This document shows, one piece after another, positions 40,387 through 50,040 of a DNA stretch of 64,000 nt. Origin of the DNA: Nitrospirota bacterium (lineage in GTDB: Bacteria > Nitrospirota > UBA9217); assembly GCA_963845065.1 (NCBI GenBank), contig CAWJQQ010000006.1, positions 160,001-224,000 on the forward strand, given 5' to 3'. The notes beneath the pieces were generated by a model that was not told the DNA's origin, did no database searches, and was given only the letters and a program-made list of their open reading frames with translations. The stretch's first letter is position 1. Each line of letters begins with the position of its first letter. Both the position numbers and the translations under genes were made by a program.

Positions 40387-42003
40387 CTATTTTTGATTTT
40401 TCTCATCCATGAACCAATCATCAGCATACGAGAAGAACTTATAGGGATGAATGGCGACGTGCCTGATTTTCTTCTGATATGCCGTATAGTTCGTAAGAGT
40501 CCAGAGGAAGGTATAGGGATTCTCATCGGCCAGTATCGCGTGGAGCTTCCGGTTGATGGTCCTACGTTTTTCATAGTCCAGCGTGAGCTTGCTCTCGTTT
40601 ATCAGTCCGTCCACTTCCGGGTTGGAATAGCCGCCGAAATTGTTCTTCCACGGACCGATCTCGCCGGAGTGAAAGAGAGACGAGATATCCGCTGAGTCGT
40701 CGAACACCCAGGACGCGAACATGATGTCAAAGTCGTGTTCCAGGAATACATCCTCCTTCCAAGCCTGCCATTCCTCAAATTCCACTTTGATGTCCACGCC
40801 GATGTTCTTAAGATAGTTCGTGAACGCGAGCACCACGCGCTTCACGGCCTCACTCTCCTTCTCAATTGGGACCTTAAGCGACAGCGACAGTCTTTTACCA
40901 TCCTTCTCCATGATTCCATCGGCGCCGCGGCTGAAACCTGCTTCCCGGAGCAGAGCCTTCGCTTTCTCGGGATCAAAGGGAAGAGGCTGCACGTCGAGGT
41001 TGTAGGCCCAACTCCCAGGCGCGAAAGGGCCGGAAATGATGGTCCCCTGGCCGTTAAAGAATGAATCGAGCATCTCCTGCCGGTTCACGGCATAGGTGAA
41101 TGCTCTCCTTACGCGCTTGTCGGCCAAGAGCGGGTTCCGCACGTTGTAACCAAAGAACGAGTAGGACAGCGCGTTGTAAGGCTGCAGGATAAATCGCTTG
41201 TCACCCTGGATTTCGGGAATATCTCGCGGGTTGACGAGAACTATCATGTCGATCGCGTTGAACATGAGCGCCTGGGTCATGATATTCTGGTCGGCGAACG
41301 GCCTGGCAATGAGCGTATCAAGGTGCGGACGGCCTTTAAAGTATTTGTCGTTCGCTGTAAGGATGATCTCCCGCTCGGCCGTAACGTTTTTTAGCATATA
41401 CGGACCGGTGCCGATGGGGTTCTGGACAAAGGGATCGTCACGGGTCAGATAGTTAGGATTGCTCAGCCCATGCTGCGGGATGATCTTAAAACTGAACTTG
41501 GCCAGCGCGTTCAAGATCGGCCGCTTGAGAGTGAACTTGACGGTATAGTCGTCGACCTTTTCCACACTGTCAATGAACTCGTAACGCACCTTGAGCGGGG
41601 TAATGGTCTTGGGATTCATCATGACACTATAGGTGAAGATCACGTCGTCGGCCGTGAACGGCTTTGGCTCCTCGCCCTCTTTCGGATGCCATGTCACGTC
41701 CTTCCGAAGATAAAAAGTATAGGTACGCCCGTCCACGGAACGGTCCCACTTCTCCGCGAGTTCGGGAACGATCTCCTGCTTTTCATTGATTCCAACGAGC
41801 CCATTAAAGATAAGCTCAGACAAGCGCAGTGAAATCATCTCGTTGCTCGTAATCGGATCGAGGGTCGCCGGCCGGCCGTATTCGCCGTAGGCCAGGGTGC
41901 CGCCATCCGGCCGACTGTCCCTCTTGTGCTCTGCCTGGCCAACGGCCGCCGTTGCTACAACTACAATGACGATCTGAAGTAGAACCATCAGTATTCGTTT
42001 CAT
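40387..42003 (-). CDS. Family 5 ABC substrate-binding protein (OppA/AppA-like)
   Basis: Signal peptide; TLDP, FNGLV, LAEKW, FTADDVIFT, PIGTGPY, DKRVRRA. Confidence 0.93.
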   Translation of the reverse strand: MKRILMVLLQIVIVVVATAAVGQAEHKRDSRPDGGTLAYGEYGRPATLDPITSNEMISLRLSELIFNGLVGINEKQEIVPELAEKWDRSVDGRTYTFYLRKDVTWHPKEGEEPKPFTADDVIFTYSVMMNPKTITPLKVRYEFIDSVEKVDDYTVKFTLKRPILNALAKFSFKIIPQHGLSNPNYLTRDDPFVQNPIGTGPYMLKNVTAEREIILTANDKYFKGRPHLDTLIARPFADQNIMTQALMFNAIDMIVLVNPRDIPEIQGDKRFILQPYNALSYSFFGYNVRNPLLADKRVRRAFTYAVNRQEMLDSFFNGQGTIISGPFAPGSWAYNLDVQPLPFDPEKAKALLREAGFSRGADGIMEKDGKRLSLSLKVPIEKESEAVKRVVLAFTNYLKNIGVDIKVEFEEWQAWKEDVFLEHDFDIMFASWVFDDSADISSLFHSGEIGPWKNNFGGYSNPEVDGLINESKLTLDYEKRRTINRKLHAILADENPYTFLWTLTNYTAYQKKIRHVAIHPYKFFSYADDWFMDEKNQK

Positions 42004-42068
42004 AATTCCCTCCTCGATAGTATTTCGGATTGTGGAATGCGATTTGAAATCCGAAATCTATAATATGT

Positions 42069-43556
42069 TCAATTGATCTTCACGTCCCCGGCGCTCTTGT
42101 GTTCCACGGCATAAATGCCCTGCAATGCTTCCTGGATCTGGCGCACCTCAGGGAACTGCTTGCTCATCTCGAAGTAAATTTCAAGAGCCTCTGAAAATTT
42201 CTTGGTCCGGTAATAGGCTTCCGCGAGATTAACAAGCATTGCCGGATCGTTTGCTTCGATTTTGTTCTTGTTGCTCTTGTCGCGACCCGCCTCCAGGTAC
42301 GACGCTGCATTGGCGTAATCCGTCTTTCCGAGATAATATCTGCCGATTGCGATGTTGAGGATTGATAATTTATGGCCTTCACCTGCTTCGACCAAGGCTG
42401 TGGATTTTTTCACCGTCTGCGTGCATTCGGCCTTAAGCCTGCTGCAGGCGAACAATACCTCCGCGAGAAGATCAGGAGCCTCTGGCTGTTTTCGCAGGAG
42501 TTCTTCCCAGATACCCACGGCATCGGTTACATGACTTTTCTGGTACAGGTTGGCGCCCTGCCAGACGCGGATGCGGTCTTTATACTGCTGGGGCATCTGC
42601 GATGAAGAAACGAAGGCGGCAATCACTTTGGCAGACTTATCGAGAGAACCGAAGAGCGCATAGGCCTGGCCAAGATAAAATTCCGCGGCGTCCTTCACCT
42701 TCGAATCTGCCGTTGCTTTTTCTAGATAGGAGACGCTCGCCTGACCATAGATTGTCGCCATATCGCCGAGAAGGGCGAGATCGTAAAAGTTGATGATCTT
42801 TGATTTGTCCAGCGTCTCCCGGTACGAATAAGCTTTGAGGTCCGAGCGTTTGATGAGGTCAAGCCCTTTCTCGGTCAGCCCTGCCTTGGCATAGACAGCA
42901 AGGATATTCTTGACCATGCGCATCGTGAGCGGCTTGCCGGACCGTTTCGATGCTGCAAGGCTCTCAGCAGTGAGCGCCACAGAATTTTTATCCGCAAGTC
43001 CCGCTTTGATGTATGCGGCGGCAAGTTCGGCCTTCACCTCGGGGTCAGAAGAGTCAATCGCTGACCAGAGCTTCGTAGCTTTCTCGGCTTCATGATTCTG
43101 ATAGTAACACAGGCCGAGACAAACCTTGGCCTCGGACTGGTACCTAGGTCCCGGCTTTTTACTCGCTGTAAATTTTTCCAGGTAACTGGCCGCGGCAGCA
43201 TATTTTCCGGTCTCCATGAGAGCTTCACCGAGATAGAAATCGACGAAACGGCTTCTGGCTGGGCCATGGGCGGCGGCCAGCTTTTTCAAATAGTCCTGTG
43301 ATGCAGAAGCCGCGGCCTGGAATAACTCACGGTGCAAAAGTGAGTTACTGAGGTAGACCATGCCAAGCGTCAGGTTAGCCATCCCCTGTCTCGACTGGTC
43401 GATAGAGGTGGTGTCGGAATTTAGCACTGCAGCGGCCTCCCCGTAATGCCGCCTTTCATAAAGCTTCATCGCCTTCGTTAGAGAATCATCCGCAGCATAG
43501 CTCTGCGCAGAGGCTAGGAGAATAAGAGATGAAAAGAACAACAAGATGCGTTTCAT
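42069..43556 (-). CDS. Exported TPR-repeat protein
   Basis: Sec signal MKRILLFFSSLILLASAQSYA (start ATG 43556); repeated TPR-like helices (YLGEAL, YLGQAY, NLAEAYY). Confidence 0.8.
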   Translation of the reverse strand: MKRILLFFSSLILLASAQSYAADDSLTKAMKLYERRHYGEAAAVLNSDTTSIDQSRQGMANLTLGMVYLSNSLLHRELFQAAASASQDYLKKLAAAHGPARSRFVDFYLGEALMETGKYAAAASYLEKFTASKKPGPRYQSEAKVCLGLCYYQNHEAEKATKLWSAIDSSDPEVKAELAAAYIKAGLADKNSVALTAESLAASKRSGKPLTMRMVKNILAVYAKAGLTEKGLDLIKRSDLKAYSYRETLDKSKIINFYDLALLGDMATIYGQASVSYLEKATADSKVKDAAEFYLGQAYALFGSLDKSAKVIAAFVSSSQMPQQYKDRIRVWQGANLYQKSHVTDAVGIWEELLRKQPEAPDLLAEVLFACSRLKAECTQTVKKSTALVEAGEGHKLSILNIAIGRYYLGKTDYANAASYLEAGRDKSNKNKIEANDPAMLVNLAEAYYRTKKFSEALEIYFEMSKQFPEVRQIQEALQGIYAVEHKSAGDVKIN

Positions 43557-43618
43557 GCCTGCTCCTGAAACAAATTTAACATTCAAAATGCGCACCGAGT
43601 GCCATAATTACGATCCAG

Positions 43619-44902
43619 CTACTTTCTTCCACTTACTGGGTTTCCATCCTTCAGTCTTGACAGAAAGATCTGATCCCACTGGTTGACCTGAGCGCGGAAT
43701 GCGATGGTTCCATCACTTGCACAGGAGACGTCATGGTTCATCTTCGTATCCGTTTTAAGCGGCACGCTCATTTTTAGTCTGACATTCACGATATAGAGGG
43801 GATTGAATTCCTGTCGGTCGTTCTTCACGTAGATGATACTGTTGCTGTCCGGCATCCAGGCAGGCCCTGTCTCTACATCGGCGACAACATCTATTGCAAC
43901 GGCTTTTGAAGCAAGTCCATCACCCTCCGTAGGGTCAGAACCGTCCGCTGCAATGACGAAGATCGACCACATCTTCGGGTCCCCTGCCGTATTGTAATTG
44001 GAATAAAATGCGATTTTTTTGCCGTCGGGCGACCAGACCGGCCGAAGATCGTCAGCGGACCAGGTCGTGAGCGCTTTTTTGGACTCCATCGGCAGTGACA
44101 GGTCGCTGATGATAACGATGGCATGGTTCTCGTTGCTGCCGTGCATCATCACGATCTTTTTGCCGTCTGGTGACCATTGGGGATAGAGATAGGCATTCTC
44201 TCCCCATGTCAGCCGCGTGAGCGCCTTTGTTTTAAGGTCGAGGAGATAGATATCGCCGTTTCCCGTACGCCCTGATACGAAGACGACGCTGTCCTCGACC
44301 GGCGACCACTGGGCCTGGCCGTCTTTCTCTTTGTGCTCCGTAAGCCGTTCCGGAGCGCTGCCTCCGAGGTCAAGCAGGTATATATCGTAGTTGCCCACAC
44401 CGCCGTTGCTCATGAACACGAACCTTAACTCATCGGGCGACCAGGTAATGCCCGCATTATAGCTCGTATCATCGGACACGCCGGGGGAAAAAAACTTCGT
44501 TTCCGGACCGATCGGGGACAACAGGTAGAAAACGGTCTGGACCGGCGTGCCGTCCGAAAGCAGGACGCGGAGTTCCTTATTATCGCCAATGCTCCGTTCA
44601 AAGGCGATGAACGTTCCCTGAGGAGACCAGACTGGGTTCGAATCGTTCCGCCCGGATTCGATTGGGACGAGCGGCCGCACGTAGAGCGGCTCGACTGCTT
44701 CGGACTTTTTCCCCTCTGCTTGATTCCCGGTCTCAGTTGGGCCGGAAAGCAGGTCGAGAGGAGCGACTGACGACGGAGCAGAGCGGCCAGTTCCCGTGAT
44801 CGTCGGCGCCGACAGGACATCGCCAGCAATCACCACAGGGACGATGGCTGCTGCGGAGAGTGCAACAATCACCAGGGCGCAATAAAACTTCCAACCCTTC
44901 AC
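43619..44902 (-). CDS. Exported TolB-like beta-propeller (PD40 repeats)
   Basis: Repeats PVWSPQG, WSPDE, WSPVE, PQWSPDG, PVWSPDG, PAWMPD; N-terminal signal. Confidence 0.88.
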   Translation of the reverse strand: MKGWKFYCALVIVALSAAAIVPVVIAGDVLSAPTITGTGRSAPSSVAPLDLLSGPTETGNQAEGKKSEAVEPLYVRPLVPIESGRNDSNPVWSPQGTFIAFERSIGDNKELRVLLSDGTPVQTVFYLLSPIGPETKFFSPGVSDDTSYNAGITWSPDELRFVFMSNGGVGNYDIYLLDLGGSAPERLTEHKEKDGQAQWSPVEDSVVFVSGRTGNGDIYLLDLKTKALTRLTWGENAYLYPQWSPDGKKIVMMHGSNENHAIVIISDLSLPMESKKALTTWSADDLRPVWSPDGKKIAFYSNYNTAGDPKMWSIFVIAADGSDPTEGDGLASKAVAIDVVADVETGPAWMPDSNSIIYVKNDRQEFNPLYIVNVRLKMSVPLKTDTKMNHDVSCASDGTIAFRAQVNQWDQIFLSRLKDGNPVSGRK

Positions 44903-44916
44903 CAGGATTCCTCCGC

Positions 44917-47490
44917 TTAAAGGTTTTTGATCTGGTCCCAGTACTTCTGCGCCGATTCTCGCGCCTGATCAAAAGTACTGTTGCCTTCGAGTTTCTTGGG
45001 GAAGAAATCGAAGTAGGTGCGCCATGCGATGTTTGCGTTGTTTAGAATGTTGCTCTTCCGAGTGATCTGGTAAAGCTTCTGGTATGAAAGCGCCGTGTAG
45101 TAATAAGTGTCGTGCACAGCCTCGTCATAGTGGTCATCTGGGAAGAACCGCATGTTTTGCTTAGCAAGCTCGAGGTTCTGGATCGCTTTGGCGAAGTTCT
45201 GAGCCGCAGCCTCGCGGTCCTTCTGGATGAGCGAATTGCCCTTCTCGTAATAGGCATGGCCGAGGTTCATAAACGCCACAGAAAATTGCTTGTACACGAG
45301 CTGCTGGTTCTCTGGCAGCGAGAGCACGTTTTCAAACTCGCGAATGGCTCCGTCGTAATCACCTTTTTCGTCGAGGTAGATCCGGGCCAGCTGATGGTGC
45401 GCCACGGAATAATCGGGATGGCCTTTCTCTGTACTCTTGTACGCCACGATTGCACCATCGATATCACCGCTCTGTTCCGCCCGTTCACCGATCTTGAGGA
45501 AGTCCTTATACAGAACGATCTTTGCGTCACCTGTGCGGTTCTCCTCTTTCTTGGAGAACTCGACCACCTCTTCCCAGTCGCGGTAATCTCCGCTTAGTGA
45601 AACTTTTACTGAATGGAAACCGAAATTCACCGGTTTCCCGTCTAGGATAGGCGTCCTTCCGATATTGTCGCCGTCGACGTACACGTCGGCGCCGGTAGGA
45701 TCGGAGTCGATCTTAAACATGGAGTTATTGACAAGGAGCGTGTATTCCTTAGTGTCTTTGTTCTTCTCGATCATGACCTGCTCGGTCACCTGCTGGTAGC
45801 CGTGACGGTACAGCAAAAGCGTCAAGTTCTTGTTCAGCCTTATCGGAACCTCGGCTTTGCCGTCGGGACCGGTCGAGCCTAGCCAATCACCGTTCACGTA
45901 GATGTTCACCGCGTTGAGCGGAGAAGTGTCAGGAGGCAGGCCTCCCTTAACCAGAAGGACTAAGTAGTTGCGCATGCTCTCTTCCTCGCCTTCCCGATAG
46001 ATGCGCCGAACCACCCTGTCGCCGAGGGCGATATTCTCGTTTTTTTTCAGGTCCTCCACCTCAGTCCATGACCCGTTCTCTTCAGATTTCTTGACCCGAA
46101 GCCTGCCAGTTTCGCGGTATCCCAATATTTTTCCCGTCTCATCCATGTGTGGTGTCAAGAGCGTAAAATCCGTTCCTCGGGTAATTTTATACCCGCTTCG
46201 CCCGAGGTTGATCCGATAACGTTCACCGTCAACTCCGATTATGGCGCCTTCAAAGGGGAATCGCTCGATCACGGCGTTCGCAATGTCCTTAGCTGCCCCG
46301 TTTATGTTGCCTGCGCCCTTGGCCCGTGTGATCTGGGAGAGGATCAGCGTACCGTCGGAGGTGTAGAACTTAGTCTCGATCAAGAAGCCCTTCTCGTCCT
46401 TTGCCACACTGCCCAAGATTATCATGTCAACGGTCTTCTTGAGCGGCGTCTCGCGCCATCCCTTAGTGGTGATCTTGTCGATGTTTAGTTTTGCGAGCTT
46501 CATGTCGGACTGGAGTGTCATAGATGGGACCTCGCGGAAACACGAATATTCAAAGAGCTGCGCAGCTACTGCCCCTTCGGTCCGGGCCAGGACGTCCTTG
46601 AGATCAATATCGGGAGTGTTGCTTACAAACCGGTAGATGCCGGTCCTGATCGGTTTTGGTGTCTTAGGATAAAAGTACCGGTTGATGTTAACCTCACCTT
46701 TCAGCATGATCGTCGTCTTCCAAAACTCGGGGATATATCCGGGAGCGGCCATCGAGAGTGGCACTCTTTTGCCAGGCTCGCCATCGTAAGACCAGGTCAA
46801 TGCCCCCTTCTCGTCGGTCTTGCCCGCGTCCTTATCGTTGATGGTCATGTCAATGCCCGGGATGCCGCTCGCTTGTCCGTACTGTTCCATGAGGGCTTTG
46901 ATCGTCACGGTCACGCGCCTACTGAGCTTGGCCTCGATGATCTGGCCGGCCTCCACAGCACCAGTTTTGTGCCAGGCTGCGAATCCTGATTTGTTCACCG
47001 AAAGGTCGATGCCGCCCTCGCGCAGGTCCTTATACTCGTATACGAACCTGCCCGACTCATTCGTCTTGCCGACCTCCTTACCCGCCGCCCTGACAATAGC
47101 GCCCGGGACCGGCGAACCATTCTCGGTCACGACAAAAGTTACGTAACGCGTTGCGGAAAGATCAGCTATCAATGAATATGTGTCCATGATCCCGGCCTTA
47201 GGCAGCTTCATCAGGATCGAACCCTTCCATGGTTTGATATGGTAGCCCGGAATTTCCTTGGAAACAACGATCTCAATGTCTGCCCCTGGCTTCTTACTTA
47301 TGACTTTGGAGAAAACGCCGTTTTCATCAGTTACGCCTTGCTCTTCATTATCCACGGTCACGCTCGCGTGCGCCGCAGGCTGGCCGTTCATGTTGGCCTT
47401 CACTTTGAGTTCAAGCTTTTCTCCTGCGCAGCCAAAGAGCAGGGACGATGCCATCACCAGTATAGGTAAATGAATTGCACGCTTAATCAT
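44917..47490 (-). CDS. Large multidomain lipoprotein (beta-sandwich repeats, CsgG/FlgT-like region, PEGA, TPR)
   Basis: Lipobox LLFG|C; repeated 'G.TDENG/GKTNESG/GKTDEKG/GSTGPDG' modules; PEGA 'IDSDPTGADVYVDG...GRTP'; C-terminal TPR helices. Confidence 0.8.
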   Translation of the reverse strand: MIKRAIHLPILVMASSLLFGCAGEKLELKVKANMNGQPAAHASVTVDNEEQGVTDENGVFSKVISKKPGADIEIVVSKEIPGYHIKPWKGSILMKLPKAGIMDTYSLIADLSATRYVTFVVTENGSPVPGAIVRAAGKEVGKTNESGRFVYEYKDLREGGIDLSVNKSGFAAWHKTGAVEAGQIIEAKLSRRVTVTIKALMEQYGQASGIPGIDMTINDKDAGKTDEKGALTWSYDGEPGKRVPLSMAAPGYIPEFWKTTIMLKGEVNINRYFYPKTPKPIRTGIYRFVSNTPDIDLKDVLARTEGAVAAQLFEYSCFREVPSMTLQSDMKLAKLNIDKITTKGWRETPLKKTVDMIILGSVAKDEKGFLIETKFYTSDGTLILSQITRAKGAGNINGAAKDIANAVIERFPFEGAIIGVDGERYRINLGRSGYKITRGTDFTLLTPHMDETGKILGYRETGRLRVKKSEENGSWTEVEDLKKNENIALGDRVVRRIYREGEEESMRNYLVLLVKGGLPPDTSPLNAVNIYVNGDWLGSTGPDGKAEVPIRLNKNLTLLLYRHGYQQVTEQVMIEKNKDTKEYTLLVNNSMFKIDSDPTGADVYVDGDNIGRTPILDGKPVNFGFHSVKVSLSGDYRDWEEVVEFSKKEENRTGDAKIVLYKDFLKIGERAEQSGDIDGAIVAYKSTEKGHPDYSVAHHQLARIYLDEKGDYDGAIREFENVLSLPENQQLVYKQFSVAFMNLGHAYYEKGNSLIQKDREAAAQNFAKAIQNLELAKQNMRFFPDDHYDEAVHDTYYYTALSYQKLYQITRKSNILNNANIAWRTYFDFFPKKLEGNSTFDQARESAQKYWDQIKNL

Positions 47491-47656
47491 ACGACGCCTC
47501 CTTGTTAAATCGGGATAGCAGTGAAACTAATAATGAATGTCTTCGCAGTAGAATCAAAATCTGCCCCTGAGACAACTAGGCATGGAGAAATAATATCTGA
47601 ACTTGCCACATTATCTTTGCTCTTATATGTCAAAGCAGTGGATGGATTCCGTCGTA

Positions 47657-48106
47657 TTACATCGTCGGCGGCTGGATATTAACTTCGCCGGGATTTACAA
47701 TCTTGTCTTCGTCTGACTTCGATCCCTCGATGCTCTTTTGCTTGCTTTCAGGAATCATCTTGAGTTTGAACTCTACTTTTTTGCTGCCGAACTTTGTGAT
47801 CTCGACGGACTGCGTTTCGGTCATATAGCCGATCCTGCTCGCTTCCACCTTATACATTCCTGGGACGATGAAGTTTTTGATGGATACAAACTTGCCCTCT
47901 GCATCAACGTCGACTGCTTGCGACGCTTTTTCCAGCGTTGTGGTCGTATTGATCATATTCACTACCGTCCCTTGCGGATTTTCCGTGGCGATTGGGACCG
48001 GTTGCATCTTTGCGTCCAGAAGCTGGACCGTACCGTAGATCTTGGAAGCGCATGATACAAGTGAGAGTGCTAGTACGGCGAGTAGAACAGTGTGTCTGAA
48101 CTTCAT
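47657..48106 (-). CDS. Small lipoprotein with carboxypeptidase-regulatory-like beta-sandwich
   Basis: AGGAGG RBS then ATG 48106; lipobox LVS|C; 'VDAEGKF...PGMYKVEASRIGY'. Confidence 0.78.
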   Translation of the reverse strand: MKFRHTVLLAVLALSLVSCASKIYGTVQLLDAKMQPVPIATENPQGTVVNMINTTTTLEKASQAVDVDAEGKFVSIKNFIVPGMYKVEASRIGYMTETQSVEITKFGSKKVEFKLKMIPESKQKSIEGSKSDEDKIVNPGEVNIQPPTM

Positions 48107-48179
48107 GTTCGATTCCTCCTGTGCCATGAATGTGATTCGGTTATGCAGAGATGCTCCGCACCTAATAAGATGATGGAGC

Positions 48180-48222
48180 AAAAAAAAACCGCCAAGTGAA
48201 CAATAACGATGTTCTTTGGCGG
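48180..48222 (-). terminator. Intrinsic terminator forming the riboswitch expression platform
   Basis: Minus strand: CCGCCAAAGAAC-loop-GUUCACUUGGCGG followed by U9. Confidence 0.85.
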
Positions 48223-48350
48223 CTCGACTCGCATATAAAATGCATGCCTTTCCGTCATATTATTGGGTCGATCGGAAAGCACTGCCGTTTTACGTAGCTT
48301 CGTAGCTCTGCGCCCTCCGGTTTCCCGGGGTTTGCTCTGAGCAAAGGATA
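48214..48350 (-). ncRNA. GEMM-I (c-di-GMP-I family) riboswitch, A20 variant (candidate c-AMP-GMP sensor)
   Basis: Minus strand: P1 CUUUG/CAAAG; CAGAGCAAACCCCGG-GAAA-CCGGAGGGCGCAGAGC matches the GEMM-I P2, GNRA loop and CGCA junction; 3' GAGCCGCC; receptor-like GCUACG/UAUGC. Confidence 0.85.
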
Positions 48351-48384
48351 TGTTAAACTGGTTTTCGATTCAACGACAATTAAA

Positions 48385-48413
48385 AATTTATCATGTTGTC
48401 TTCCTCTTGTCAA
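48385..48413 (-). promoter_or_regulatory. Sigma70 promoter upstream of the riboswitch
   Basis: TTGACA (48413-48408), 17 bp, TAAATT (48390-48385) preceded by TGn. Confidence 0.6.
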
Positions 48414-48625
48414 GTGACGAACTCCTTTAAAAAAACTTCATGAAAAGCTTGACTTAATCGGAGGTTATCGTGAATGACGTCCGCAAGTGAACCCGGATAA
48501 TTGTCTCAGTGTAATCATAATCACAAAATTAAAAAGATTATCTACCTTATCGGAGCTGACTTTCCCTGATTCGAATTAATGCGAAAACTGTTTGTTGTCC
48601 AACTTGCGGTACACTGTAGTCCGGA

Positions 48626-49927
48626 TTATGCTCTCTGCAAATATTCCATGATTTTTTCTCGCAGCGTTTTATAGACCCACTCGAATTTAGCGTCGTCAGC
48701 TTCTAACAGCGTAACTCGAAAGCCCTGCAAATCGCAGTTGAATCCCGTGAGTGGGACCACGCAGATACCCGTAGCGCCCAGGAGATAATAAACAAATCGC
48801 TTATCGAGCGGAACGTCCTGCACAAGCTTCTCCACCATCTCTTTCGCCTTCACATTTCCGATGGCAAGCTTCTGGTTCTGGGTCAGGGCGTTCGCGCGGA
48901 ACATGACCGTCATATAAAAGGCGCCGTTCGTCTGATTTACGATAATGCCCTCGATGTCCTTCAGGAGGTGGTATGCGATGCGCGACCTCCTCTCGAACAC
49001 AGCATTGCGATGTACAATGTGGTTTGCATATCGTGCATCACCCATGATGATAGGGATCACCTTCTGGGGAAGCGTCGTTGAGCAGACTTCAAGCATTTTA
49101 TCGTCCACGATGCTCTTGATATATTTCGCAAACACGGGGTCCTTGTCAGCGTTGTAGACCTCGATCCAGCCGCACCGGGCCCCGGGCCAGGGAAGTTCCT
49201 TCGAGATGCCCTTCATCGATATGCCACAGACCCCGTTAATCACGTCGGCTAGAGGAATAGCTTTTTCTCCATTGTAGGTCAGGTTGATGTATATCTCGTC
49301 GCAGACCATGAAAAGATCGTACTGTTTCGCGATGGCCACGATCTCCATTAACACTTCGCGCGGGTAGACCGCACCTGTAGGGTTGTCCGGGTTAATGACG
49401 AGTATGCCGGAGATGGATGGATTGTACTTCACTTTCATCCTCAGGTCGTTCAAGTCAGGGTACCAATGGTTGTGCGGGTCGAGCCTGTAGGAAAGGTAAT
49501 CCGAGCCGGCATGTGATGCCTCTGATGACGAATGAGTGCTGTAGGCGGGACTCGGGCCGATGACGCGATACTCTTTCCGGAGCTGTCCGTAAACCTTGCT
49601 GATAGCGTCTCCAAGGCCATTAAAGAAGATGATGTCCTCTTTTGTGATATTAACTCCGCCGTTCTTGTTCGCTTTCTGCGCAAGAAACTCCCTCGTCTCA
49701 TCAAGACCCTTAGTTGGAGAATAAGCGTAAGTCAGATCTTCCTTCATCGTCGCAGTGATGATATCCTTGATCCAACCGGGAACTTTTTCTCCCTTCTGTA
49801 CTGGGTCGCCGATGTTCTCCCAGTTAATCTCGATTCCGAGATTGGCAAATTCCTTTGCAACAGCGACGATCTCGCGGATCTCATACTTAAGCTCATCAGC
49901 GCCGAGTGAAACAATGTTATTTCTCAT
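48626..49927 (-). CDS. PLP-dependent class I/II aminotransferase (AlaA-like)
   Basis: YEIR, NIGDP, NPDNPTG, DEIY, GISKELPWPGARCGW. Confidence 0.9.
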   Translation of the reverse strand: MRNNIVSLGADELKYEIREIVAVAKEFANLGIEINWENIGDPVQKGEKVPGWIKDIITATMKEDLTYAYSPTKGLDETREFLAQKANKNGGVNITKEDIIFFNGLGDAISKVYGQLRKEYRVIGPSPAYSTHSSSEASHAGSDYLSYRLDPHNHWYPDLNDLRMKVKYNPSISGILVINPDNPTGAVYPREVLMEIVAIAKQYDLFMVCDEIYINLTYNGEKAIPLADVINGVCGISMKGISKELPWPGARCGWIEVYNADKDPVFAKYIKSIVDDKMLEVCSTTLPQKVIPIIMGDARYANHIVHRNAVFERRSRIAYHLLKDIEGIIVNQTNGAFYMTVMFRANALTQNQKLAIGNVKAKEMVEKLVQDVPLDKRFVYYLLGATGICVVPLTGFNCDLQGFRVTLLEADDAKFEWVYKTLREKIMEYLQRA

Positions 49928-50040
49928 GAAGCTCCTTTGTTAAAAATGGGATGGCAGTGCTTATATTACCAAATTCGACAGCCTGGAGTAAAGCCAAATT
50001 TCCCATCAAAATCCAGATTTATTCACCGGGGGGAGGAAAG

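Noticed and set aside
48107..48181. TTG start at 48181 for the small lipoprotein
   Set aside because: It begins within the terminator U-tract; the RBS and signal peptide support ATG 48106.
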